Positions 1 through 12,789 of a stretch of 64,000 nucleotides of DNA are shown piece by piece. The notes below the pieces were generated by a model that ran no database searches, was not told where the DNA came from, and saw nothing but the letters and a program-made list of their open reading frames with translations. The translations under genes and the position numbers were made by a program. Origin of the DNA: Auanema rhodensis (lineage: Eukaryota; Animalia; Nematoda); assembly GCA_964057225.1 (NCBI GenBank), contig OZ059899.1, positions 9,672,001 through 9,736,000 on the forward strand. Direction: 5' to 3'. Each line of letters begins with the position of its first letter. Position 1 is the first letter of the stretch.

Positions 1-932
1 AATCCCATAGGCATTCGGCAATACTGATAGGTACCTGATGGAGTGGTAAAAGCAGTTAGGTATCTATCTGAGCGTTTCAACGGTATTTGGAAGAAACCAG
101 AAATGAGATCAAAATTCGAAAAGAACTGAGCTCCAGCCGCTAAGTCTATGATATCAGGAATGTGTGGAATGCTGTATGTTTGTTTCTTAGTAACACTATT
201 CAATGCTCTAAAGTCAGTAACGAACCGGAAAGAATTATCTTTCTTTTTCACAAGAACAACTGGACTAGTGAAAGTGGCCGTCGAATTTTCGATTATACCT
301 TGCGACAACATTTCTTTCACTTGCCGTTCTACTTCTTCTTGCTTACCCAATGGTACTCTTTAAGATCTACTTTTTGGAAAATCCATATCAGATCTTATAG
401 GAATGGCATGTTCAACTGGTCCGCAAAAGAGACCAATATTATGATCATGGTTGAAAAATGCCGTTTGGTTTTCCTTAATGATTGTGATCAGATTTTTCTT
501 CATTTTATGGGACAGAGTGCAAGAATTGAAGTTCAAATCATCCAAAAGATGCTGAGGAAAAGTTGGTAACTTATCTTCCCAATCAGCTTCAGGTGGAACA
601 TAATCGTTCATAATTTCTTTAGATGCTATAAGTCCTGAACCAATGTGGTCATTTTTATTAATTTTAATTGGCTTTGAAGAATTAAGAACCACTTCTCCTC
701 CGCTCAACGAAAACTGGGAGGTGTCTGAGACGTTTGGGGAAACTATCAGACAATCAGTTTTGACGAGCGTTACCTTTTTGTTATGCACGCGCGTGCTATT
801 TTGATTCATTACTTTATGATGTGAATGTCCAGTGTGGCAACAGAGCTCACTTTTTAGCTGAGTTGTTTGGAAGCTGGAGGCTGTTGGGATAATTTTATTT
901 ACGATTTTTGATTTTGATTCACATCCAAGGGT
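1..932 (-). pseudogene. pol: Ty3/gypsy pol fragment (PR-RT linker and RT N-terminus), in-frame stop at 360-362; continues off the left edge
   Basis: Reverse complement of 17592-18523; reads ...VEHAIPIRSDMDFPKSRS*RVPLGKQEEVERQVKEMLSQGIIENSTATFTSPVVLVKKKDNSFRFVTDFRALN, typical of a gypsy RT N-terminus. Confidence 0.9.
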
Positions 933-2394
933 TCATCAGGGTTCTACTCCTGTTAACTCTTTTCTTATTAGTTCAGAGATAATAAGAATATTTAAATTCC
1001 TACCCACCCAAGTCCACTCTACGTCTGCCAACGTTTCCTTTTTCCTATATTATTGACAGATTACTGAATTTAAAATCCTATATCAATCTTAAATTACCTT
1101 CTAAATCTTTTGGAATTAAATTAAAAATTATCTTAATTAAGATTTATTTTGAAATTCTTTCTACAAATCTTAATAACCTTTATGAAATTGAACTTAATAT
1201 ACGAGATGAGACATTTTTGTTTACTTTAAGCTTACTCACATTCAAATAGTTGGCCCACGCGTACCAGCTGTTCGACATGTGTAGTCAATAACAGCTGTTA
1301 AAATTCAAAAGTTTTCAAACAGGCTTAAGGCACCATCTGTGATTCCTTATTTGTCTCTAAGCTGACATTAGTGATTATAATATTCAAATATCACGACAGA
1401 CGGTCAATGGTTGTTTACCATAAGCGCTAACATCTGGTGTCGTGACACATGGCTGGAGGCGGAGCTTGAAGCTTCAACGATCCTCCTTCATCAGACGCCA
1501 TTGTCACAAACGTTTTTACTGGAGTCTAGTTGCTTCCAGTACGCGCTCTTATATTCATCTAACTGTATTCACCAGCCACCCTGTCGGACTCGGACATCAG
1601 CGAGGAAAACAAAGATCAGGAACAAGGATCACCAGAGGTACGCCAAGTTTTTGAATTTAATTCTAAAAACTTAAATACTCCATTCACCTACCTCTCTCCT
1701 TTTGAATTTTTGAGAGAAGAAGGTGATTCCTCTTCTTCTTCTCACTCTTCTTCTCTAACAATTAGAACGAGAAGTAAAAGCAGAAAGGCCATCACTGAGG
1801 AAACACCTCGGGCACCTACTACAGTACGAAATAGATCACCAAGTCGGTGAGCCGCTGCTATAACTAAAGCTTTTGAAAGAAAAATGACTCCTACCTCTCC
1901 ATCTCCTAATTCTAATGTTGCTCCACCCTCTAGAAATATGGCAACTATTTTGAATTGCCATCTCTGTCCCAGTATGACGGCTCTCGTAGCTTTCGTTCTT
2001 TTGTTGAATCTTTAAATAGATTTTTTAATGTTATGAATCTAAGCTTACCTGAGAGACTATTAATTTTGCCTCTTCTTCTTTTGGAATCAAATGAAACAGC
2101 TCTCTCCTTGTATAATAGTATTCCTAGTGGCATAAGAACTAATGGCCCATGGATTGTTTTGATGGATCAGCTCACTGAGCTTTTAGCGCCTAAAACAGAT
2201 AAAAATTTCACCATAGCGCTTATTCATCGAGTACAACAAGGAGATAAATCTGTTCTTGATTTTAGTATGGAATTAGAGAGAATGGCAAGCACCATAATGT
2301 CACCAATGGATCCCGAGCGGGAACCAATGTTGAAAACGGCATTTTTAAATGGTTTAAAAGAGGAGCTGGGTATTGCGGTTTTAACTAAAAACCC
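1..2394. repeat. Left arm of a large inverted repeat (partner 16129-18523)
   Basis: Mirror ORFs: 360-809(-)/17715-18164(+) and 1411-1674(+)/16850-17113(-); coordinate sums 18523-18524; only a few differences seen. Confidence 0.95.
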
Positions 2395-2623
2395 CGCCAC
2401 TTATGAACAAGCTAAGAAATTAGCTAGGTTTGGAGAAGGCGTTTGAAATAGCTTCATGAAAAGAAATGAAGACACTAGCACCTTGAAGGAGCTCATAAAT
2501 GCTTTACAGCATAAATTAAGCTTTAGTGAAGAAAGAGAAAGAAGTAGGAATAATAATAATAATAAAAATTATAAAAATTATAAAAAAAATAATAACTGGA
2601 CTCAGCACAATAATGGCTCTAAT
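1698..2623 (+). pseudogene. gag: Ty3/gypsy gag, disrupted (stop at ~1848, frameshift at ~1945-1970, stop at 2444), truncated at 2623 where it joins the tRNA array
   Basis: Capsid-like YDGSRSFRSFVESLNRFF...RVQQGDKSVLDFSMELERMA...FLNGLKEEL...NPATYEQA; the C-terminal WTQHNNGSN matches the gag frame at 63935-64000(-). Confidence 0.85.
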
Positions 2624-2659
2624 TTTTTCATAAGAGTTTCTGAAATCTTAGTTGAACAA

Positions 2660-2732
2660 GGCCGCGTGGCGCAATGGATAACGCGTCTGCCTACGGAGCA
2701 GAAGATTGTAGGTTCGAATCCTGCCGTGGTCG
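2660..2732 (+). tRNA. tRNA-Arg(ACG)
   Basis: 73-nt cloverleaf GGCCGCG...TCTGC-CTACGGA-GCAGA...GGTTCGAATCC...CGTGGTCG with A and B boxes, followed by an oligo-T Pol III terminator. Confidence 0.95.
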
Positions 2733-4085
2733 TAAATTTTTTTCATTTCACTTGTCATACATAAAAATCGAATTTATTTTTTTCAATGATTTTTTTTTGC
2801 AATGTGTCATAAGAATTACACAGTTGAACAAAACGTTTTTTAAGAATTTTCTTTGTTGTCAACATATATATTTTCCTGGAATTCGAAAGCATTTGGGATG
2901 GAAATTTGAAAGAAAAGAACTAGTTTTTCCTACTTTAAAACAAACAATAAGAAATAAAATGAAAAAGATTGTTAGATATCCAATTTAAACTTATACATTT
3001 ACTTTGATGAAGAGCCTATTAGACTGAAATTTTATGTCTTACAGTTCTCCAACAGAACAGACTGATCCTGATTTTTCTACGATTACATAAAACTCTCGTT
3101 TGATATGAAAAAAGGAGAGGAATAACGTTTCCAGGATATCAATGATATCGAATCTAGTGATATTGTAGAAAAATGTAATGTCAGCTCCATAGGTTTTCTT
3201 TTAATTTCTCTCATCACAATTGTCTTAGTTTTTTTTCTCATAAGAGTTTCTGAAATCTTAGGTGTACAAGGCCGTATATATTTTCCTGGAATTCAAAAGC
3301 ATTTGGGATGGAAATTAGAAAGAAAAGAACTAGTTTTTCCTACTTTAAAACAAACAGTAAGAAATAAAATAAAAAAGATTGTTAGATATCCAATTTAAAC
3401 TTATACATTTACTTCGATAAAGAGCCTATTAGTTTGAAATTTTATGTCTTACAGTTCTACAACAGAACAGACTGGTCCTGATTTCTCTATGATTACATAA
3501 AACTCTCGTTTGATATACAAAAAGGAGAGGAATAACGTTTCCAGGATATCAATGATATCGAATCTAGTGATATTGTAAAAGTAATGTCAGCTCCATAGGT
3601 TTTTTTTTAATTTCTCTCATCACAATTGTCTTAGTTTTTTTTCTCATAAGAGTTTCTGAAATGTTAGGTGAACAAGGCAGTATATATTTTTTTCTGGAAT
3701 TCGACAGCATTTGGGATGGAAATTAGAAAGAAAAGAACTAGTTTTTCCTACTTTAAAACAAACAATAAGAAATAAAATGAAAAAGATTGTTAGATATCCA
3801 ATTTAAACTTATACATTTACTTCGATAAAGAGCCTATTAGTTTGAAATTTTATGTCTTACAGTTCTCCAACAGAACAGACTGATCCTGATTTCTCTATGA
3901 TTACATGAAACTCTCGTTTGATATACAAAAAGAAGAGGAATAACGTTTCCAGGATATCAATGATATCGAATCTAGTGATATTGTAGAAAAATGTAATGTC
4001 AGCTCCATAGTTTTTCTCTTAATTTCTCTCATCAAAATAGTCTTAGTTTTTTTTCATAAGAGTTTCTGAAATCTTAGTTGAACAA

Positions 4086-4158
4086 GGCCGCGTGGCGCAA
4101 TGGATAACCCGTCTGCCTACGGAGCAGAAGATTGTAGGTTCGAATCCTGCCGTGGTCG
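4086..4158 (+). tRNA. tRNA-Arg(ACG), D-stem variant G24C
   Basis: Consensus except ATAACCCG, which breaks the C11-G24 pair. Confidence 0.8.
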
Positions 4159-5343
4159 TAAATTTTTTTCATTTCACTTGTCATTTACAAAAATCGAATT
4201 TATCTTCTTCAACGATTATTTTTGCAATGTGTCATAAGAATTTCACAGTTGAACAAAACGTTTTTTAAGAAGTTTTTTTGTTGTCAACATATATATTTTC
4301 CTGGAATTCGAAAGCATTTGAGATGGAAATTAGAAAGAAAAGAACTAGTTTTTCCTACTTTAAAACAAACAATAAGAAGTAAAATGAAAAAGATTGTTAG
4401 ATATCCAATTTAAACTTATTCATTTACTTTGATAAAGAGTCTATTAGACTGAAATTTTATGTCTTACAGTTCTCCAACAGAACAGACTGATCCTGATTTT
4501 TCTACGATTACATAAAACTCTCGTTTGATATAAAAGCATATTGGATAGAAATTTCAAAAACATTTTGGATTTAAAATAGAACGAAAAGAACTAGTTTTTT
4601 CTACTTTAAAACAAACAAAAATAAACAAAATGAAAAGATTGTTAGATATCCAATTTTAACTCATACATTTACTTCGATAAAGAGCCTATTAGTTTGAAAT
4701 TTTATGTCTTACAGTTCTCCAACAGAACAGACTGATCCTGATTTCTCTATGATTACATAAAACTCTCGTTTGATATACAAAAAGGAGAGGAATAACGTTT
4801 CCAGGATATCAATGATATCGAATCTAGTGATATTGTAAAAGTAATGTCAGCTCCATAGGTTTTCTCTTAATTTCTCTCATCACAATTGTCTTAGTTTTTT
4901 TTCTCATAAGAGTTTCTGAAATCTTAGGTGTACAAGGCCGTATATATTTTCCTGGAATTCAAAAGCATTTGGGATGGAAATTAGAAAGAAAAGAACTAGT
5001 TTTTCCCACTTTAAAACAAACAATAAGAAATAAAATAAAAAAGATTGTTAGATATCCAATTTAAACTTATACATTTACTTCGATAAAGAGCCTATTAGTT
5101 TGAAATTTTATGTCTTACAGTTCTCCAACAGAACAGACTGATCCTGATTTCTCTATGATTACATGAAACTCTCGTTTGATATACAAAAAGAAGAGGAATA
5201 ACGTTTCCAGGATATCAATGATATCGAATCTAGTGATATTGTAGAAAAATGTAATGTCAGCTCCATAGTTTTTCTCTTAATTTCTCTCATCACAATTGTC
5301 TTAGTTTTTTTTCATAAGAGTTTCTGAAATCTTAGTTGAACAA

Positions 5344-5416
5344 GGCCGCGTGGCGCAATGGATAACCCGTCTGCCTACGGAGCAGAAGATTGTAGGTTCG
5401 AATCCTGCCGTGGTCG
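5344..5416 (+). tRNA. tRNA-Arg(ACG), D-stem variant G24C
   Basis: As 4086. Confidence 0.8.
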
Positions 5417-6601
5417 TAAATTTTTTTCATTTCACTTGTCATTTACAAAAATCGAATTTATCTTCTTCAACGATTATTTTTGCAATGTGTCATAAGAATT
5501 TCACAGTTGAACAAAACGTTTTTTAAGAAGTTTTTTTGTTGTCAACATATATATTTTCCTGGAATTCGAAAGCATTTGGGATGGAAATTAGAAAGAAAAG
5601 AACTAGTTTTTCCTACTTTAAAACAAACAATAAGAAGTAAAATGAAAAAGATTGTTAGATATCCAATTTAAACTTATTCATTTACTTTGATAAAGAGCCT
5701 ATTAGACTGAAATTTTATGTCTTACAGTTCTCCAACAGAACAGACTGATCCTGATTTTTCTACGATTACATAAAACTCTCGTTTGATATAAAAGCATATT
5801 GGATAGAAATTTCAAAAACATTTTGGATGGAAAATAGAACGAAAAGAACTAGTTTTTTCTACTTTAAAACAAACAAAAATAAACAAAATGAAAAGATTGT
5901 TAGATATCCAATTTTAACTCATACATTTACTTCGATAAAGAGCCTATTAGTTTGAAATTTTATGTCTTACAGTTCTCCAACAGAACAGACTGATCCTGAT
6001 TTCTCTATGATTACATAAAACTCTCGTTTGATATACAAAAAGGAGAGGAATAACATTTCCAGGATATCAATGATATCGAATCTAGTGATATTGTAAAAGT
6101 AATGTCAGCTCCATAGGTTTTCTCTTAATTTCTCTCATCACAATTGTCTTAGTTTTTTTTCTCATAAGAGTTTCTGAAATCTTAGGTGTACAAGGCCGTA
6201 TATATTTTCCTGGAATTCAAAAGCATTTGGGATGGAAATTAGAAAGAAAAGAACTAGTTTTTCCTACTTTAAAACAAACAATAAGAAATAAAATAAAAAA
6301 GATTGTTAGATATCCAATTTAAACTTATACATTTACTTCGATAAAGAGCCTATTAGTTTGAAATTTTATGTCTTACAGTTCTCCAACAGAACAGACTGAT
6401 CCTGATTTCTCTATGATTACATGAAACTCTCGTTTTATATACAAAAAGAAGAGGAATAACGTTTCCAGGATATCAATGATATCGAATCTAGTGATATTGT
6501 AGAAAAATGTAATGTCAGCTCCATAGTTTTTCTCTTAATTTCTCTCATCAAAATAGTCTTAGTTTTTTTTCATAAGAGTTTCTGAAATCTTAGTTGAACA
6601 A

Positions 6602-6674
6602 GGCCGCGTGGCGCAATGGATAACCCGTCTGCCTACGGAGCAGAAGATTGTAGGTTCGAATCCTGCCGTGGTCG
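6602..6674 (+). tRNA. tRNA-Arg(ACG), D-stem variant G24C
   Basis: As 4086. Confidence 0.8.
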
Positions 6675-7859
6675 TAAATTTTTTTCATTTCACTTGTCAT
6701 TTACAAAAATCGAATTTATCTTCTTCAACGATTATTTTTGCAATGTGTCATAAGAATTTCACAGTTGAACAAAACGTTTTTTAAGAAGTTTTTTTGTTGT
6801 CAACATATATATTTTCCTGGAATTCGAAAGCATTTGGGATGGAAATTAGAAAGAAAAGAACTAGTTTTTCCTACTTTAAAACAAACAATAAGAAGTAAAA
6901 TGAAAAAGATTGTTAGATATCCAATTTAAACTTATTCATTTACTTTGATAAAGAGCCTATTAGACTGAAATTTTATGTCTTACAGTTCTCCAACAGAACA
7001 GACTGATCCTGATTTTTCTACGATTACATAAAACTCTCGTTTGATATAAAAGCATATTGGATAGAAATTTCAAAAACATTTTGGATGGAAAATAGAACGA
7101 AAAGAACTAGTTTTTTCTACTTTAAAACAAACAAAAATAAACAAAATGAAAAGATTGTTAGATATCCAATTTTAACTCATACATTTACTTCGATAAAGAG
7201 CCTATTAGTTTGAAATTTTATGTCTTACAGTTCTCCAACAGAACAGACTGATCCTGATTTCTCTATGATTACATAAAACTCTCGTTTGATATACAAAAAG
7301 GAGAGGAATAACATTTCCAGGATATCAATGATATCGAATCTAGTGATATTGTAAAAGTAATGTCAGCTCCATAGGTTTTCTCTTAATTTCTCTCATCACA
7401 ATTGTCTTAGTTTTTTTTCTCATAAGAGTTTCTGAAATCTTAGGTGTACAAGGCCGTATATATTTTCCTGGAATTCAAAAGCATTTGGGATGGAAATTAG
7501 AAAGAAAAGAACTAGTTTTTCCTACTTTAAAACAAACAATAAGAAATAAAATAAAAAAGATTGTTAGATATCCAATTTAAACTTATACATTTACTTCGAT
7601 AAAGAGCCTATTAGTTTGAAATTTTATGTCTTACAGTTCTCCAACAGAACAGACTGATCCTGATTTCTCTATGATTACATGAAACTCTCGTTTGATATAC
7701 AAAAAGAAGAGGAATAACGTTTCCAGGATATCAATGATATCGAATCTAGTGATATTGTAGAAAAATGTAATGTCAGCTCCATAGTTTTTCTCTTAATTTC
7801 TCTCATCACAATTGTCTTAGTTTTTTTTCATAAGAGTTTCTGAAATCTTAGTTGAACAA

Positions 7860-7932
7860 GGCCGCGTGGCGCAATGGATAACCCGTCTGCCTACGGAGCA
7901 GAAGATTGTAGGTTCGAATCCTGCCGTGGTCG
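7860..7932 (+). tRNA. tRNA-Arg(ACG), D-stem variant G24C
   Basis: As 4086. Confidence 0.8.
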
Positions 7933-9117
7933 TAAATTTTTTTCATTTCACTTGTCATTTACAAAAATCGAATTTATCTTCTTCAACGATTATTTTTGCA
8001 ATGTGTCATAAGAATTTCACAGTTGAACAAAACGTTTTTTAAGAAGTTTTTTTGTTGTCAACATATATATTTTCCTGGAATTCGAAAGCATTTGGGATGG
8101 AAATTAGAAAGAAAAGAACTAGTTTTTCCTACTTTAAAACAAACAATAAGAAGTAAAATGAAAAAGATTGTTAGATATCCAATTTAAACTTATTCATTTA
8201 CTTTGATAAAGAGCCTATTAGACTGAAATTTTATGTCTTACAGTTCTCCAACAGAACAGACTGATCCTGATTTTTCTACGATTACATAAAACTCTCGTTT
8301 GATATAAAAGCATATTGGATAGAAATTTCAAAAACATTTTGGATGGAAAATAGAACGAAAAGAACTAGTTTTTTCTACTTTAAAACAAACAAAAATAAAC
8401 AAAATGAAAAGATTGTTAGATATCCAATTTTAACTCATACATTTACTTCGATAAAGAGCCTATTAGTTTGAAATTTTATGTCTTACAGTTCTCCAACAGA
8501 ACAGACTGATCCTGATTTCTCTATGATTACATAAAACTCTCGTTTGATATACAAAAAGGAGAGGAATAACATTTCCAGGATATCAATGATATCGAATCTA
8601 GTGATATTGTAAAAGTAATGTCAGCTCCATAGGTTTTCTCTTAATTTCTCTCATCACAATTGTCTTAGTTTTTTTTCTCATAAGAGTTTCTGAAATCTTA
8701 GGTGTACAAGGCCGTATATATTTTCCTGGAATTCAAAAGCATTTGGGATGGAAATTAGAAAGAAAAGAACTAGTTTTTCCTACTTTAAAACAAACAATAA
8801 GAAATAAAATAAAAAAGATTGTTAGATATCCAATTTAAACTTATACATTTACTTCGATAAAGAGCCTATTAGTTTGAAATTTTATGTCTTACAGTTCTCC
8901 AACAGAACAGACTGATCCTGATTTCTCTATGATTACATGAAACTCTCGTTTTATATACAAAAAGAAGAGGAATAACGTTTCCAGGATATCAATGATATCG
9001 AATCTAGTGATATTGTAGAAAAATGTAATGTCAGCTCCATAGCTTTTCTCTTAATTTCTCTCATCAAAATAGTCTTAGTTTTTTTTCATAAGAGTTTCTG
9101 AAATCTTAGTTGAACAA

Positions 9118-9190
9118 GGCCGCGTGGCGCAATGGATAACCCGTCTGCCTACGGAGCAGAAGATTGTAGGTTCGAATCCTGCCGTGGTCG
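9118..9190 (+). tRNA. tRNA-Arg(ACG), D-stem variant G24C
   Basis: As 4086. Confidence 0.8.
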
Positions 9191-9726
9191 TAAATTTTTT
9201 TCATTTCACTTGTCATTTACAAAAATCGAATTTATCTTCTTCAACGATTATTTTTGCAATGTGTCATAAGAATTTCACAGTTGAACAAAACGTTTTTTAA
9301 GAAGTTTTTTTGTTGTCAACATATATATTTTCCTGGAATTCGAAAGCATTTGGGATGGAAATTAGAAAGAAAAGAACTAGTTTTTCCTACTTTAAAACAA
9401 ACAATAAGAAGTAAAATGGAAAAGATTGTTAGATATCCAATTTAAACTTATTCATTTACTTTGATAAAGAGCCTATTAGACTGAAATTTTATGTCTTACA
9501 GTTCTCCAACAGAACAGACTGATCCTGATTTTTCTACGATTACATAAAACTCTCGTTTGATATAAAAAAAGGAGAGGAATAACGTTTCCAGGATGTCAAT
9601 GATATCGAATCTAGTGATATTGTAGAAAAATGTAATGTCAGCTCCATAGGTTTTCTCTTAATTTCTCTCATCACAATATTCTTAGTTTTTTTTCTCATAA
9701 GAGTTTCTGAAATCTTAGTTGAACAA

Positions 9727-9799
9727 GGCCGCGTGGCGCAATGGATAACGCGTCTGCCTACGGAGCAGAAGATTGTAGGTTCGAATCCTGCCGTGGTCG
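9727..9799 (+). tRNA. tRNA-Arg(ACG)
   Basis: Consensus copy. Confidence 0.95.
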
Positions 9800-10335
9800 T
9801 AAATTTTTTTCATTTCACTTGTCATTTATATAAATCGAATTTATCTTTTTCAACGATTATTTTTGAATCGTGTCATAAGAATTTCATAGTTGAAAAAAAC
9901 GTTTTTTAAGAACTTTTTTTGTTGTCAACATATATATTTTCCTGGAATTCGAAAGCATTTGGGATGGAAAATAGAAAGAAAAGAACTAGTTTTTTCTACT
10001 TTAAAACAAACAATAAGAAATAAAATAAAAAAGATTGTTAGATATCCAATTTAAACTTATACATTTACTTCGATAAAGAGCCTATTAGTTTGAAATTTTA
10101 TGTCTTACAGTTCTCCAACAGAACAGACTGATCCTGATTTTTCTATGATTACATAAAACTCTCGTTTGATATAAAAAAAGGAGAGGAATAACGTTTCCAG
10201 GATGTCAATGATATCGAATCTAGTGATATTGTAGAAAAATGTAATGTCAGCTCCATAGGTTTTCTCTTAATTTCTCTCATCACAATATTCTTAGTTTTTT
10301 TTCTCATAAGAGTTTCTGAAATCTTAGTTGAACAA

Positions 10336-10408
10336 GGCCGCGTGGCGCAATGGATAACGCGTCTGCCTACGGAGCAGAAGATTGTAGGTTCGAATCCTGC
10401 CGTGGTCG
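10336..10408 (+). tRNA. tRNA-Arg(ACG)
   Basis: Consensus copy. Confidence 0.95.
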
Positions 10409-11357
10409 TAAATTTTTTTCATTTCACTTGTCATTTATATAAATCGAATTTATCTTTTTCAACGATTATTTTTGAATCGTGTCATAAGAATTTCACAGTT
10501 GAACAAAACGTTTTTTAAGAAGTTTTTTTGTTGTCAACATATATATTTTCCTGGAATTCGAAAGCATTTGGGATGGAAAATAGAAAGAAAAGAACTAGTT
10601 TTTCCTACTTTAAAACAAACAATAAGAAATAAAATAAAAAAGATTGTTAGATATCCAATTTAAACTTATATATTTACTTCGATAAAGAGCCTATTAGTTT
10701 GAAATTCTATGTCTTACAGTTCTCCAACAGAACAGACTGATCCTGATTTCTCTATGATTACATAAAACTCTCGTTTGATATAAAAAAAGGAGAGGAATAA
10801 CGTTTCCAGGATGTCAATGATATCGAATCTAGTGATATTGTAGAAAAATGTAATGTCAGCTCCATAGGTTTTTTTTTAATTTCTCTCATCACAATTGTCT
10901 TAGTTTTTTCTCTCATAAGAGTTTCTGAAATCTTAGTTGAACAAGGCATTATATATCTTTTTCTGAAATTCGAAAGCATTTGGGATGGAAATTAGAAAGA
11001 AAAGAACTAGTTTTTCCTACTTTAAAACAAACAATAAGAAATAAAATGAAAAAGATTGTTAGATATCCAATTTAAACTTATACATTTACTTCGATAAAGA
11101 GCCTATTAGTTTGAAATTTTATGTCTTACAGTTCTCCAACACAACAGACTGATCCTGATTTCTCTATGATTACATAAAACTCTCGTTTGATATAAAAAAA
11201 GGAGAGGAATAACGTTTCCAGGATGTCAATGATATCGAATCTAGTGATATTGTAGAAAAATGTAATGTCAGCTCCATAGGTTTTCTCTTAATTTCTCTCA
11301 TCACAATATTCTTAGTTTTTTTTCCTCATAAGAGTTTCTGAAATCTTAGTTGAACAA

Positions 11358-11430
11358 GGCCGCGTGGCGCAATGGATAACGCGTCTGCCTACGGAGCAGA
11401 AGATTGTAGGTTCGAATCCTGCCGTGGTCG
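11358..11430 (+). tRNA. tRNA-Arg(ACG)
   Basis: Consensus copy. Confidence 0.95.
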
Positions 11431-11577
11431 TAAATTTTTTTCATTTCTACATTTATTTCGATAAAGAGCCTATTAGATTGAAATTTTATGTTTTACAGTT
11501 CTCCAACACAACAGACTGATCCTTATTTCTCTATGATTACATAAAACTCTCGTTTGATATGAAAAAAGGAGAGGAAT

Positions 11578-11957
11578 TGTCACATCTGCTAGCACATGGT
11601 AAACATGTGCGCGCTATTCAAATAGCGGGAGCCTGAACAAGCCCCGCCAACAACATGGGACACACATGGCACTCTTGCTTCTGGCCTAACCCAGATAGGT
11701 TGTCTTATAGTCATGTGAGTCTCATCTCTATATCATCTATATATATACTCTATTTAATACTTTATTATATCTCTTTATATTCTTTCTTAATGTAATTCTT
11801 ATATTGTATTTTCTTGTTATCTGATAATGAATCCTTTTCGCTTAAGTATTTGTCTTAATAAGGAAATCGGGGCGTTCGGGTCTGCCTACCTAAGGAACAA
11901 GGTAGAAGTACATATATCTTCCGACCATGAAAAGACGGGAAGAAACAATATGTAACG
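11578..11957 (+). mobile_element. Solo LTR (380 bp) of the gag-env-pol gypsy element, TSD GAAT (or GGAAT)
   Basis: TGTCACAT...ATGTAACG interrupts the array sequence GGAGAGGAAT|AACG with a duplication; near-identical to the PPT-adjacent LTR at 57525-57905. Confidence 0.95.
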
Positions 11958-12107
11958 GAATAACGTTTCCAGGATATCAATGATATCGAATCTAGTGATA
12001 TTGTAAAAAAATGTAATGTCAGCTCCATAGGTTTTCTCTTAATTTCTCTCATCACAATTGTCTTAGTTTTTTTTCTCATAAGAGTTTCTGAAATCTTAGT
12101 TGAACAA

Positions 12108-12180
12108 GGCCGCGTGGCGCAATGGATAACGCGTCTGCCTACGGAGCAGAAGATTGTAGGTTCGAATCCTGCCGTGGTCG
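12108..12180 (+). tRNA. tRNA-Arg(ACG)
   Basis: Consensus copy. Confidence 0.95.
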
Positions 12181-12716
12181 TAAATTTTTTTCATTTCACT
12201 TGACATTTACAAAAATCGAATTTATCTTCTTCAACCATTATTTTTGCAATGTGTCATAAGAATTTCACAGTTGAACAAAACGTTTTTTAAGAACTTTTTT
12301 TGTTGTCAACATATATATTTTCCTGGAATTCGAAAGCATTTGGGATGGAAAATAGAAAGAAAAGAACTAGTTTTTCCTACTTTAAAACAAACAATAAGAA
12401 ATAAAATAAAAAAGATTGTTAGATATCCAATTTAAACTTATACATTTACTTCGATAAAGAGCCTATTAGTTTGAAATTTTATGTCTTACAGTTCTCCAAC
12501 AGAACAGACTGATCCTGATTTCTCTATGATTACATAAAACTCTCGTTTGATATAAAAAAAGGAGAGGAATAACGTTTCCAGGATGTCAATGATATCGAAT
12601 CTAGTGATATTGTAGAAAAATGTAATGTCAGCTCCATAGGTTTTCTCTTAATTTCTCTCATCACAATATTCTTAGTTTTTTTTCTCATAAGAGTTTCTGA
12701 AATCTTAGTTGAACAA

Positions 12717-12789
12717 GGCCGCGTGGCGCAATGGATAACGCGTCTGCCTACGGAGCAGAAGATTGTAGGTTCGAATCCTGCCGTGGTCG
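12717..12789 (+). tRNA. tRNA-Arg(ACG)
   Basis: Consensus copy. Confidence 0.95.

Noticed and set aside
148-569. Short ORFs antisense to or overlapping gag, pol and env (also 16390-16782, 18545-18820, 58800-59006, 59344-59529, 60452-61167, 62777-63046, 63706-63906)
   Set aside because: Shadow frames of retroelement genes with no recognisable motifs
2456-2988. ORFs reading through the first tRNA (apparent Gag-tRNA fusion protein)
   Set aside because: Product of the gag truncation junction; gag already has upstream stops
3034-3182. Exon-like segment in the spacer (TCTTACAG ... AAAAT|GTAATG)
   Set aside because: Stops in the candidate frames and weak splice consensus; no support for a gene
11880-11889. 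GTCTGCCTAC shared between the LTR and the tRNA anticodon arm
   Set aside because: Only 10 bp and in the same sense, so it cannot anneal to the tRNA as a primer site; plausible by chance
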